Source: Eledone cirrhosa
Lineage: Eukaryota
Direction: 5' to 3'
DNA: 64,000 bases
Assembly (NCBI GenBank): GCA_964016885.1
Contig: OZ024741.1
Span: 302,498,001 to 302,562,000, forward strand
How positions within the stretch are numbered: the first letter of the stretch is position 1; every line of letters begins with the position of its first letter. Below are positions 42,990 to 55,173 of the stretch, in pieces. Below the pieces are notes generated by a model. It saw only the letters and a program-made list of their open reading frames with translations. It did not search any database and was not told the DNA's origin. Made by a program: the position numbers and the translations under genes.

Positions 42990-43760
42990 GAATTTGCAAA
43001 TGACATAGTACTACTTAATTCATCAGAAGGGGATCTCCAACATGCACTTGATAAATTTGCTGTTGAGTGCTACACGGCAGGAATGAAAATCAGTGCTGTG
43101 AAGACTGAGACATTTGTCCTTTTAAGGAAGCCTGCGCAATGCACTCTACATGTGAGTGGAGTTCCACTAACGCAGGTGGAGAAGTTCAAGTATCTCAGGG
43201 GCCATGTTCATGAGTGATGGAAGGCAGGAGGCTGAATTAAGTGCAAAAATTGAGGAGATGGTGCAGTAATGTGCCAGCTTTAGCATTCGGTCATCAGAAG
43301 AAAGGAGGTAGGTGTAAAAGCCAAACTCGTTACCTTTAATTTGGTATTCATACCAACCTTGCTTATGATCATGAATCTTGGGTAATAACCAAATGAATAT
43401 GATCATGAATACAAGCAACTGAAATGAGGTTCCTCCAAAGGGTTTTTGGAGTATTGTTACTCGATAGAGTGCATAACTTGGGGATCAGAGTCACTCCAGG
43501 TAGAGCTGCTACTTTTTCGAATTGAGAGATCACAGCTCTGATATTACAGACATGTGGTTAGAATGTCTCAAGAAAGAATTGGTGGAGAGATTTTATGGGC
43601 AAAACTAACTGGCAGGAAACTCAGGGGTAGACTCTGAGCAAGATGATTGTATAAGGTACATGAGCTCGGCTGGTTTTGCTTGGAGATCCAGCCAGATCAA
43701 TTGGAGATGGTTGCTTCTGACAGGAGTGTTTGAGAAGAAGAAGAGACGAAGATAAACTGA
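42990..43760 (+). mobile_element. Degenerate LINE of a second RTE-like family (related pieces near 23470-23720 and 53820-54150)
   Basis: RT-like remnants (FANDIVL..SEGDLQHALDKF; QVEKFKYL) with stops. Confidence 0.65.
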
Positions 43761-43874
43761 TCAAAATATCAGTTGTTGCTTAGCCCACTTCAGCAGACAT
43801 AATACCAAAGGTGTTCTTGCCACAGCAATCATGTCATTTTAGGGGTATCTACGACTACATTATCTAATATATCC

Positions 43875-44166
43875 CGCCGAGGTTAACTTTGCCTTTCATC
43901 CTTACGGGGTCGATAAAATAAAGTACCAGTAATGCACTGGGTAATTGCTGGCCTTGTGCCAAAAAGTAGAAACAATTATTAGGGCGGTGGATTGGCAGTA
44001 TCGGTAGAGGGTCGGACGCCATGCTTTCCAGCATAGTTACGTCCCTTTACGATCTGAGTTCAAATCCCGCCGAGGTTGACTTTGCCTTTCATTCTTACGG
44101 GGTCGATAAAATAAAGTACCAGTAATGCACTGGTTAATTACTGGCCTTGTGCCTAAAGTAGAAACA
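43875..44166 (+). mobile_element. Dimeric tRNA-derived SINE insertion (truncated copy plus full copy)
   Basis: A-box-like TGGCAGTATCGG and B-box GAGTTCAAATCC; duplicated 3' body; perfect 16-bp direct repeats attatctaatatatcc at 43859-43874 and 44167-44182. Confidence 0.8.
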
Positions 44167-44289
44167 ATTATCTAATATATCCATTAACTAAGCACAGTTT
44201 TATTGCCACTACCTGATATAATGGTTTCTAATAGGCACAATGCCATCAATTTGTGGGAAGAGGAATATCGATTTAAATTGACACAACCT

Positions 44290-44705
44290 TCTTGCAGTGT
44301 GGGCTGGGTGCTTTTTGTCATGACACCTACACAACCTATTTACAGTGTGGGCTGGAGGCTTCACTAGATGTATGCTACAGCCTGTCCTCATGGGAAATGT
44401 ATGAGAGGGTGAGTGGGGGTGGTGCATATATATGCTTCAGCTTCAGCCTGTGCCCATGGAAAGGTGGGTCTTCCGTATTACTGCATAACACCAGAGATCT
44501 CAGTCCTGTGCCATCATCTCTGAGAGGTGCAATTGAGCAAGGTCAGCTTTTATCACCTCATTCTGAGTCTTCCTGGGTCTCCCCACTCCAAGGCTTCTAT
44601 CAACTTTGAGTGCTCTGCACCTTTTTATACAGCTATTATCCTTCATATGCATCACATGTCCATACCAACACAATCTCCTCTTCTGCACACTGCATCTGAT
44701 TCCTC
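44290..44705 (-). mobile_element. RTE LINE 3' fragment
   Basis: RRLCWYGHVMHMKDNSCIKRC..GRPRKT. Confidence 0.8.
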
Positions 44706-44710
44706 TTATG

Positions 44711-44768
<58 letters not shown>

Positions 44769-44769
44769 T

Positions 44770-45167
44770 ACTAGCTGTGGAAACGAGTTACAACATCGCT
44801 GGTGCCAAACTGTATCGGCATTTTCCCCTCTCCTTTTCATAGAAGGCCAGTCCCACGAAAACAAATGGGACATTGATAAAGCTTGAGTGTCATCCTCTAA
44901 TGTAGCAACCATATCAGTATGAATGTCGTTGGGGGTTAAACCCTTTTTCTGCAGGTACTTGATAGCACTACGACACCAAATTTTGCCCATTTTCATAAGA
45001 AGTCACTACTAGTTACTTTTGAAGTCTTTTTTGGACAGTCAGATCTCAGTTTATCTGGAAAGAAACAATGCAGTTATTAATAAGAAGAGTTGAAATTAAT
45101 GCATGCAAGATTTCATAGCTGCAGCATCTTTCCTTCATAGTCAGCCTATGAACTTTTCAGCCTCCCC
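44770..45167 (-). mobile_element. Mariner remnant (left end plus HTH region, deleted)
   Basis: TIR-like GGGGAGGCTGAAAAGTT; MGKIWCRSAIKYLQKKGLTPNDIHTDMVATL resembles the mariner N-terminal HTH. Confidence 0.75.
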
Positions 45168-45384
45168 AGAGATGTCAACATGAATGGACCTGTTATTTTT
45201 ATCTAAAGGCATTTTTTCCAATTCCAACCCACTCGTCCCCTCAATCTATCTTATTTCTCATTCTTTCTTCTGATGAAAACTAGCATCTGAAATGTTAAGA
45301 CCCTCTTCCTGCTATATCAAGCGTTAACCTAATATATCCCTACCATTTACTGTACCAATTGTGTTGTTATTTCTGTTTACCTTA

Positions 45385-46329
45385 GAGGAGCTGGAGAATA
45401 AATTCTGGCTATGGAAACAGCAGTTGGAATCAAGAGGACTGAGAGTGAACCTAGCTAAGACAAAAGTGTTGATGAGTAGAAAAGAGGACAAAACTCTGAT
45501 TCCGTCAGGGAAATGGCCATGTTCGATATGCAGAAAAGGAACTGGCATAAATTCTATAAAATGTACACAAGAGATGTAGGGGGATAGCAGGCAAACTAAC
45601 AGGTAGGGAGAAATACGTATGCAGTAGACGTACAGGGAAATTTGACAGTAGAAGTTGCATTGATAGACACATTTTTCAAATGCAGGTGGGTGCTATAGAA
45701 GTGGTTCATAGCTTCCGGTACCTAGGTGATCAGATTAGCATGGGAAGCGGGTGTTCCGAGGCCATAGTATCTAGAATAAGGACGGGTTGGAAGAAGTTTA
45801 GGGAGCTGCTTCCTCTGCTGACGAAGGGTTTCTTCCTGCGTACGAAAGGCCGGTTATATGATGCCTGTGTGAGGTGCGCGATGCTGCATGCTAGTGAGAC
45901 ATGGGCAGCAACTGCAGAGGATATGTGATGGCTGGAGAGAAATGAAGCAAGCATGCTCCGTTGGATGTGCAATGTCGATGTGCATGAACAACCGAGCATG
46001 GATGTGTTGAGAGAGAAACTGTGTCTGAGAGGGATAAATTGTTGTGTGCGGGAGAGGAGACTGCAATGGTATGGACATGTGATGTGCATGGAGGATGAAC
46101 GATGGGTGAAGAAGTGTCAAGAAATGCCAGTTGAAGGAAGACGTAGTAGAGGAAGACCACGAAAAACATGGGTGGAGGTGATGAGAGCAGACCTCAGATC
46201 GCTGAAGCTCACGGTGGAGATGACAAAGGACCATGACAAGTGGAGAGATGCTGTGCTCAAAAGGACCCGTCCCACCCTTGCAAGCAGGGAAAAGCGGACG
46301 TAAAATGATGATGATGATGATGATAATGG
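45385..46329 (+). mobile_element. 5'-truncated RTE LINE
   Basis: GLRVNLAKTKV, SFRYLGD, WKKFRELLPLL, RLQWYGHV, GRPRKTW; (GAT)n tail. Confidence 0.92.
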
Positions 46330-46820
46330 AGTATTCCGCTATTACTTTTGGTAAGGTGAGAAATTAAAAAAATCATCAACAATGTGGGAGAGACTGGGCA
46401 TGCCTTCAATCACATCTACTGAATGGATTTAAGTAATTTAACCTTGGTTATTTTCTTTATTATATATATATATATACAATGATATTAAATAAATGGAAAC
46501 TATATTTATAAAACTATATTTATTCTATTATATATATTACAAGGTTACCAATATTTTGGTACACTATCATCAGATAAAATACAAAAAGTGTGTTTTATAA
46601 ATTTTGACATAACCAAGGAGAATATACCTTAACGGTTCAAGTTATCCCTGGATATATATATAACAAAGGAATTGTGGTAAGGAACCAGATGGACAATAAC
46701 GCACCAGAGTACTCAATACTTAGGGTAGTAGAGTGGGAAATAGGAAAAAGTATGACCCTGACGGCAGAGCTCAACCCGTTTCGACAGCTATATAGCCGTC
46801 AAAACGGGTTGAGCTCTGCC

Positions 46821-46859
<39 letters not shown>

Positions 46860-47033
46860 CATATGATATTTGCTTTATCTTGTCAGATCAGATGATAGCT
46901 GTCTCATTCTTCATTTTGTCAAAATCTGTTTATTATCATTTGCTTATATGCTCTGAAATGATTTAAAATTTCCACCCATTTTAAAGGGTTCATACTTAAA
47001 TTAAACTTTCCAATATCATTTTATATTAGCCAC

Positions 47034-48575
47034 TCTACCTGGCATTCGTCGATCTCGAGAAAGCCTTTGACAGAGTCCCACGTGCTGCAATCTGGTGGGC
47101 TCTTAGAAAACTAGGAGTAGATGAATGGCTTGTGAAAGCTGTACAAGCCATGTATAGGGGAGCAGTCAGCAAAGTTAGGATTAGCAATGAGTATAGCGAG
47201 GAATTTAGCATACAGGTTGGTGTCCACCAGAGCTCTGTTCTTAGCCCTCTCCTGTTCATCATAGTCCTGCAGGCAATAACGGAGGAGTTTAAGACCGGAT
47301 GCCCATGGGAACTCCTGTATGCTGATGACCTCGCACTTATAGCTGAATCTATGGTAGAACTAGAGAATAAATTCCAAACTTGGAAGCAGGGACTAGAAAG
47401 AAAGGGTCTCAAAGTCAACATGACAAAGACTAAGGTCCTTGTAAGTAGACGAGAAAACAGAACCCAGATCCCCTCAGGGAAATGGCCTTGCTCAGTATGT
47501 AGGAAAGGTGTAGGTAGGAACTCCATTCTCTGCCCCAAATGCAAACAATGGGTATACAAGAGATGTAGCGAGATCTCAGGAAGCTTAATTAAGAATGTAG
47601 GCTTCACATGTAGCAGCTGTGCTGGGACAGCAAGCAGCAAACAGCCACAGGAAACAAGTACCACCAATCTCTGGGAGGGCTCTGTAGAAACAGTAGACAG
47701 CTTCTGCTACGTAGGTGACCGAATTAGCAGCGGAGGTGGGTGTTCAGAAAGTACAATAACTAGGGTAAGAACGGGATGGAAGAAGTTCAGGGTACTACTG
47801 CCACTGCTAGCTGCAAAAAGCTTCTCCCTCAAAATGAAAGGCAGACTGTATGATGCGTATATCCGAACAGCAATGTTACATGGTAGTGAGACCTGAGCGC
47901 TGAAGGTGGAAGACTTACGTAGATTAGAAAGAAACGAAGCCTGCATGCTCCGATGGATGTGTAATAGTAATATATGCGAATGACAAAGCATAAATGAATT
48001 GAGAGAGAGACTGAGCATAAGAGGAATCAAATGCTGTGTGCAGGAGAGGCGGTTGCGTTGGTATGGACATGTGATGCGTATGAAGGATGACAGCTGCATA
48101 AAAAGGTGCAGAGCACTAGAAGTCAATGGAAACCGCGGAGTTGGGAGACCCAAGAAGACCTGGGATGAGGTGATAAAATCCGACCTTACCCAATTAAACC
48201 TCTCAAAGGCGATGACACACGACCGTGACCTCTGGCGTCACGCAGTAATACAGAGTACCCGACCTCTCATGGGTACAAGCTGAAGCATATAGACAATATG
48301 CCCCCACTGCAAGGTGGTCGTGGAGGTGCCACGGCAAAAAAGCACCCAGTCCATACTGTAAAGTGCACGTGTAGACGCCACGGAAAAAGCGCCCAGCACT
48401 CACTGTAAATGAGGTTGGTGTTAGGAAGGGCATCCAGCTGTAGAAATCAAGCCCAAATCAGTTCCTGTATGAGCAAGGCATGGTCAGCCGACCAGACACT
48501 GCCCACAACAGGACAACCTGTCTAACCCATGCTAGCATGGAAGAACGGACATAAAACGGGGATGATGATGATGAT
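47034..48575 (+). mobile_element. 5'-truncated RTE LINE including the RT core
   Basis: AFVDLEKAFDRV, GVHQSSVLSPLLF, LLYADDL, Cys-rich insert and C-terminal GRPKKTW; in-frame stops; 3'UTR and (GAT)n tail. Confidence 0.95.
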
Positions 48576-48829
48576 TTTCTTGGTCCTTAGACCACATTCC
48601 TACTCACTGCTCTCAGAGCAGAGTTGGCAGCCCACAGGGGTAAGTCCTGCAAGGTGGAGTGGCTGTTCCAGGGCATCTCCTTTGGCATTCTCTATCCTGT
48701 CAGCCAGGACCCAGAGGTGGAGGGTAAGGTAGTTGGAGGTGGAGGATACTCATCGGACGTCACTTTTTCTCTATTACTTTAAAAATCTCCACAAAGGTTA
48801 TTGGAAATATTCTAAATATATATATATAT

Positions 48830-49615
48830 AAAATGTACACAATGCAGATCTTGGGTACACAAAAGATGTAGTGTTGATAGCAGGCAAACTAACAAGTAGG
48901 GAAAACTACGTATGCAGTAGATGCACAGGGAAATTTGATAGTAGAAGTCGCAATGATAGACACATTTTTCAAATGAAGGTGGGTTCTATGGAAGTGGTTG
49001 ATAGCTTACGGTACCTAGGTGATCAGATTAGCATGGGAGGGGGGGGGGGTATTCCGAGGCCATAGTACCTAGAATAAGGACGGGTTGGAAGAAGTTTAGG
49101 GATCTGCTTCCTCTGTTGACAAAGAAGGGTTTCTCCCTGCGTACAAAAGGCTGGTTATATGATGCCTGTGTGAGATGCACAATGCTGCCTGGTAGTGAGA
49201 TATGGGCAGCAACTGCAGAGGATATGCGACGGCTGGAGAGAAATGAAGCAAGTTTGCTCTGTTGGATGTGCAATGTCAATGTGCAAGAACGACCAAGCAT
49301 GGATGTGTTGAGAGAGAAACTGTGTATAAGAGGGATAGAATGTAGTGTGCGGAAGAGAAGACTGCGATGGTATGGACATGTGATGTGCAGGGAGGATGAC
49401 CGCTGGGTAAAGAAGTGCCAATAAATCCCAGTAGAAGGAAGTTACAGTAGAGGAAGACCACAAAAAACATGGGCGGAGGTGGTGAGAGCAGACCTCAGAT
49501 TGCTGAAGCTCACGGAGGAGATGACGAACGACCGTGATGGGTGGAGAGATGCTGTGCTGAATAAGACCCGTCCCACCCTTGCAAGCAGGGAAAAGCGGAC
49601 GTATGATGATAATGA
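48830..49615 (+). mobile_element. 5'-truncated RTE LINE (same subfamily as the 45385 copy)
   Basis: Close colinear similarity to 45560-46329. Confidence 0.92.
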
Positions 49616-50820
49616 TATATATATTACACAATTTTACACAAATTGATATGATACCTATAACATTTTCTATATAAGATCATTTTGTTATGTTACAAATACC
49701 ATCTTAATGAAATTAAAAATATCAGTAAATCCCAAAATTATTTATTATTTAAAATACAAAGCATCTAATTAGAAATGCACTCAGTATACGCTGTAAAGTG
49801 GTTGGTGGTAGGAAGGGCATCCAGTCGCAGGAAGGTTATCAAACAAAGGGTTAGGAGAACCCTTCAGTCGGTATCAAGACACGACTTCTCTGCACTCAAT
49901 ATGACGGTGTGTAATGGATGCTGACTGCTTGGCTTGTTAGGGAGGTCAGTAACCCAGCTTTAGTACTGACCTGCTCCATGTAGACTCGTCCAACCCTTGC
50001 TAGCAGGGAAAGCGGACGTTAAATGATGATTTTGAAGAATATGATGATACATATCACAATGTCCACAATAATATATGCACCAAGCTAGTTCTCATGTATA
50101 AAGTGCACCGGTAATTTTAAGGTTTAAAAATTTGTAATGGAAGTGTATATTATACACGAATAAATACGATAATATACAAACTTAGCTAAAAACTATAAAA
50201 GATCGACTGTAATTAATGCTAATTCCCCAGCATTCACTACCATCTATCTTTTCTGCAAGGTTTTCTTAGCATGTTCATTCAAGTGAGTTGGTAACTCTGA
50301 GTCTGATGTTAATGCTTTCCCGTTGAGTGTATTGACTACGCACTACAAACATTTGGGTGTCGACTATATATTGTCGAAGTCTTGGGTGAATGTATGACCA
50401 CAGGCATACGTTTAGACACACTTTCACTTTTGTTTGACTTCGTGTTTATATATACTATAACGTATCAAAATCTTTTGTCATACATCTACAACTAGAAACA
50501 ATCTCACATATAAGTACATACAAGAATAATATATTTTTAAAGCTTACTCAACACTCAACTATAAACCAATCGATCGTCACTCGATACCATTGTCTGAAAT
50601 CTAGACAGGAGTTACCTTTTCATTTTCAGTGAATCAACTAGACAAGGAGTTTGTGTAAAATTTCTTTCTTTAAACTCACAAGCGTTTTGTTATAACGCTT
50701 GTTACATTCCAAAGAAAACAGTTTATTAAGCCCAATACGATATTATAGACAGAGTCTAAAACAAAAGAATCCTTATTAGATATTTGTTCAATTATTAATT
50801 TGGTTTCTCGTTGATCTATT

Positions 50821-50859
50821 ATGACGTCATCTTCTCGCCTGAGTCTCGGCGACATGCCG
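50821..50859 (+). promoter_or_regulatory. Promoter / first exon of a second gene
   Basis: Palindromic CRE ATGACGTCAT (50821-50830) in a CpG-rich patch, followed by consensus donor CCG|GTGAGT at 50859/50860. Confidence 0.55.
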
Positions 50860-50980
50860 GTGAGTGAGCTCCCTTGGACTGTCGTTCTCTAGTATCGGAT
50901 GCACGGACGCTAGACTGAATTTGGCGCAAGTTTGTCTTAGTTTACATTACTTTTGTGTCATTTCGTATTCTAGCTACGTC

Positions 50981-51004
50981 ATGTCGAACAATGTTAATCA
51001 ACAG
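50981..51004 (+). CDS. Putative initial coding exon MSNNVNQQ of an unidentified gene (exon 50974-51004)
   Basis: Pyrimidine tract plus TAG acceptor at 50971-50973, gtcATG start, consensus donor CAG|GTAAGT, phase 0. Confidence 0.55.
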
Positions 51005-54000
51005 GTAAGTGTCAATTGAAACAAAAAAAAATTACCGCTCCGAAAAGTATTGACCAGTAGTGTGTTATTGTATATATTAGGATAAATGCTGCTCACATAA
51101 AGACACAGGCACTGCTTTCCAACTTCTCCATGTGTTAAACTGCCTGAAACATTAATCTATATGATTTCTTATTAAATATGTGATCATTGTCTCATACCTT
51201 ACATCATCTACACGTGTTGAGCTTTCTGTGTAAATAACCTTTACAAAAAGATGAAATTATATGAATCGATTCAGTTTAAGTCTTTTAATTTGTAAGGGCT
51301 TCATTTCACAGATAAATGAAATCCCCATTCAGACATATTCTCACTGCGTTAAGAAACGAAAAACATCACAAACGCACATGCATCTAGCAGTTTTCAGATT
51401 GGGATTTTATTTCGGTTTCTTATGTTTATATATATATGTATATATATTTATTTCCTATCCACACGAAGTCGTCTTCCTCACTGGTTAGCCTTTAAGTGTA
51501 CACTCTAATCGGTTAGGATCGAATTTTAATAATTCGGACTTAATTAAATTGAGTGAGGGAACGACCGAAGCTGTGTCTATTCTATTCGATAAGCTTCGTT
51601 CCATAATTATATATGTATATAACTGACGGACCTTATCAAATAGAATAGACACCTTTTTCTCATGTTTGTATATAAATTAATTTTCTTGGTAGAATGTGAG
51701 TCTCCTGCCACACACCTACAGAAACACGTGTATATAGACACAAAGTGTCGGTGCTTCTCCAGAATAGCACCGTCTTTCATGATAAATACTCATTTTTGAA
51801 CCTTCAATTAAAATAATCATTCTTTAGTAATAATTTGAATTTCTATGACAAATCCTTTGAAGAAAATATACTAAACGTTTCAAATTGCTGTCGCTCTGGA
51901 GTGAATTAACCCTAATAACTCTAACTCGGAATAAATTATTTCGGATTATATTATTGTCATATTAATTTATCACGATGGGGTGGGGTGTCTCTTTTGAAGC
52001 TGTACCGTAGTGTTCTTCGATTATATCTTTCATTGTTTCTTTTGTTCTCTAATCAATTTTGAATAAGTTTCATTCGTACCTATAGTTTTGTATTTCAAAT
52101 TTAAAAAAAAAAAATAATTTCTGATTTAGGCACAAAGCCAACAATTTTTTGGGAGGGGAAAGTTGATTAAATTGACCCCATTGCGTTTCTGGTGTTTTAT
52201 CTTATAGACTCCGTTAGGATGAAAGGCAAAACTAACTTCGGCGGGATTTGAACTCAGAACGTAAGGGGCCATAACTATATGCTGTAAAGCACGTCCAAAA
52301 TTCTATCGATACTGCTAATCCACCACGCACAATAACAACAACAACAACAACAATAATGATAATGGATTTTTACATCGACAAAAAGGCTAGAAATGTTTTT
52401 AGTGGGTGAGTAGGTGGTGGGGGAGTCGATTATATTGACCCCAGCATTTAATTAGTATTTTATTTATCAATCCCAAAAGGCAAATTCAGCTCGATGGGAT
52501 TTGAACTTAAAATGTAAAGAGATAGCACTGATTATGATGATGATGGTAGTACTTAGGATAATTAGACATCGGGGATGTTTCTGTTTAGGTATATTAAACT
52601 GACTGAAATGTAAGTGTATAAAAGTGAAAGGGGGGAAAAAAAGACCTATAAATTGATTCAAAAGGCAAAAATTTACTACGAAAATGCATGTGCCTTTTAT
52701 TTTAACTATCTCAAGCGAAACATTCCCTTGTATGGCAGGCAGATGGACAAATCAGTATTTTATTTTTTTGTTTGCTGGTGGTCTTCCTTTCGAAGTGATT
52801 TGTAGAATGAACATATGCAAATTTAGATATATTTACGTTTTTTTTATTTAAAATGGAATATTAATGTTTTACGTTCTATTTTAAATGCCTTGTTAAAAGA
52901 ACAAACATTCATTCAACCATTAAATTTACAATGAGCAGAGGGGTCTCCATATGGCCAGAGTACAATAGTTTGAACACAATACGTAGATACCTAGCTCGTC
53001 TTTGTTGTCAAAAGTTTCTCAACAATTTATATAATAATTGTTTCTACTTTTGGCACAAGGCCAGCAATTATGCCAGTGTATTACTGGTACTTTATTTTAT
53101 CGACCTCATAAGGATGAAAGGCAAAGTTAACCTCGGCGGGATTTGAACTCAGACCATAAAGGGCCGTAACTCTTTGCTGCAAGCAGGGTAGTTTTTAACA
53201 AAACTTAAAGAAGTTTAGAGAGCAAAATATATATCAATGACATTTTTCCAAGTATTATCGATAGTCAACAATATTCACACTCAACGTAGTGTAGAAATTA
53301 ATTGTTTCTACTTTTGGCACAAGGCCAGCAATTACCTAGTGCATTACTGATACTTTATTTTATCGACTCCGCAGTGTAGAAATTAATGCACCGCCGTATT
53401 TGATTAACTTTTACATGGTTGCTTGATATAGAAACATCCAAATATCGTTAAATTCCCACCATACGAAATGGAAGAATAATGCAATCTGATGATGTTTGAA
53501 AATACTGGATGGTTAAAACTGAAACGCCTTTGATAATAGGTTTGGAACTAAACAGCAACAAAGAATGTAACAAGAGAAATCAAATGAAAGCAATTCATTC
53601 AACAATTCTAAGATGACGATAAAGAACGTGCAAAACAAAACTATTCCACGTCAACCATACATCTCAAACCAATTCAGTTACGTCCCTTACATCCTTCACG
53701 CCACGTGATATGAGACCAATGGCTAGCTCGAAAGAGATAACATCGTAGAATTCTGATAATTACAAAAAATAATATAACTATACCTGGGTTTTCTGCCGGC
53801 TGGTTTTGCCAGTAAAATTCGCCCAGCTATTCTTTCCTGAGATATTCTAAACTCATTCCCATAGTATCAGAGCTGTGATCTCTCAAATCGGAGAAGTAGC
53901 GGCTCTACCTGGAGCGACTCTCTGATCTCCAAGATACGCACTCTGTCGAGTAACGTTACCCCAAAGACCCTTTGGAATAGACCCCGAGCAAGATGGTTGG

Positions 54001-55130
54001 ATAATATCCATGAGCTTGGCCGGTCTCGTTTAGGGATCCAGCCGGATCAGTTGGAGGTGGTTGCTTTTGACAAGACCGGCTGGAAGGAGTGTTTGAGGAC
54101 TTTGCCCCTACGACTGTATCAGGAATCAGTGGGCGAGGAAGAAGTGTATACTTGAGATATATCACTTAGACTGGGGTGTAGTCAGCCGCTCCCTCGCCTT
54201 CCCCTTACTTTCGCTATTTAGTTTCCTTGTTTTTTTTTTTACACCCACTATAACATATTGTGACATTGCATTCATTGGATAATATTAATTTAATAGAAAA
54301 AGAAAAAAACATTTAGATTGAGAAAAACCAAGAGGGCCTTTACATTAGAGGTGAAGAAATTATCAGTGACAAAGTTTAACAAAAAAATCGTAGTGGCGAG
54401 ATGAAAGATAAAGTTAGTTGGCACTAATACCGTTGATTTGATGTATTTTCAATTCTGTCAATCATTGCCTTAGAAATAGTAATAATTAGCTCATTAGAGT
54501 GTTTTGGCAGCTTCTCTCAGTGAGTATGGGGTGTGTGGATGGAGGAACCAGCTGTCCCCAGTTATGTGAGCATGAAAGGATGGGTGTGATTGATTTAAAT
54601 AGTAAGTGGGGTTAAGGATGTGAGAAGAAGGGAGTGACAGACCAAGGTGAGATGGGAGTAGGGGTAAGACAAGCAAAAAGTAGAAAGGGCATATTGGTAT
54701 GGGTAGGGAACCTAAATGTTGATATACATCTCTCAACCTCTACACTACAATCCTCTCCATGAAACTTCAATCTCCAGTCAGCCTTCACCACTTTGTCCCA
54801 TGTTTTCCTAGGTCTTCCTCTTTCACAGGTACCATTGACTGTGACGACCCTGCACTTTATGCAGCTATTATCTTCTATATGCATTAGATGTCCATAGCAT
54901 TCCAGTATTATACACTGCATCTAATCCCTCTTGTGCACAGTTCTTTTCTCAAATCATTGATATTTCATTGTTCATGTACACTACTACTACACATCCATCA
55001 GAGCATACTTGCTTCATTTCTTACCTTTGCAGATCCTCTGTGCTCAAAGCCCAAATCTCACTTTCATACAACCTCATAGTTCACACACTGGTATTATACA
55101 ATCTGCCTTTCATCCTGAGCAGAAGCAGTC

Positions 55131-55165
<35 letters not shown>

Positions 55166-55173
<8 letters not shown>

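Noticed and set aside
43982-44070. tRNA gene
   Set aside because: The A/B boxes belong to a SINE head; no cloverleaf, and it runs directly into the SINE body
47035-48153. Minus-strand 210-aa and 148-aa ORFs (similar shadows at 61775-62499 +)
   Set aside because: Antisense shadows of RTE reverse transcriptase sequence
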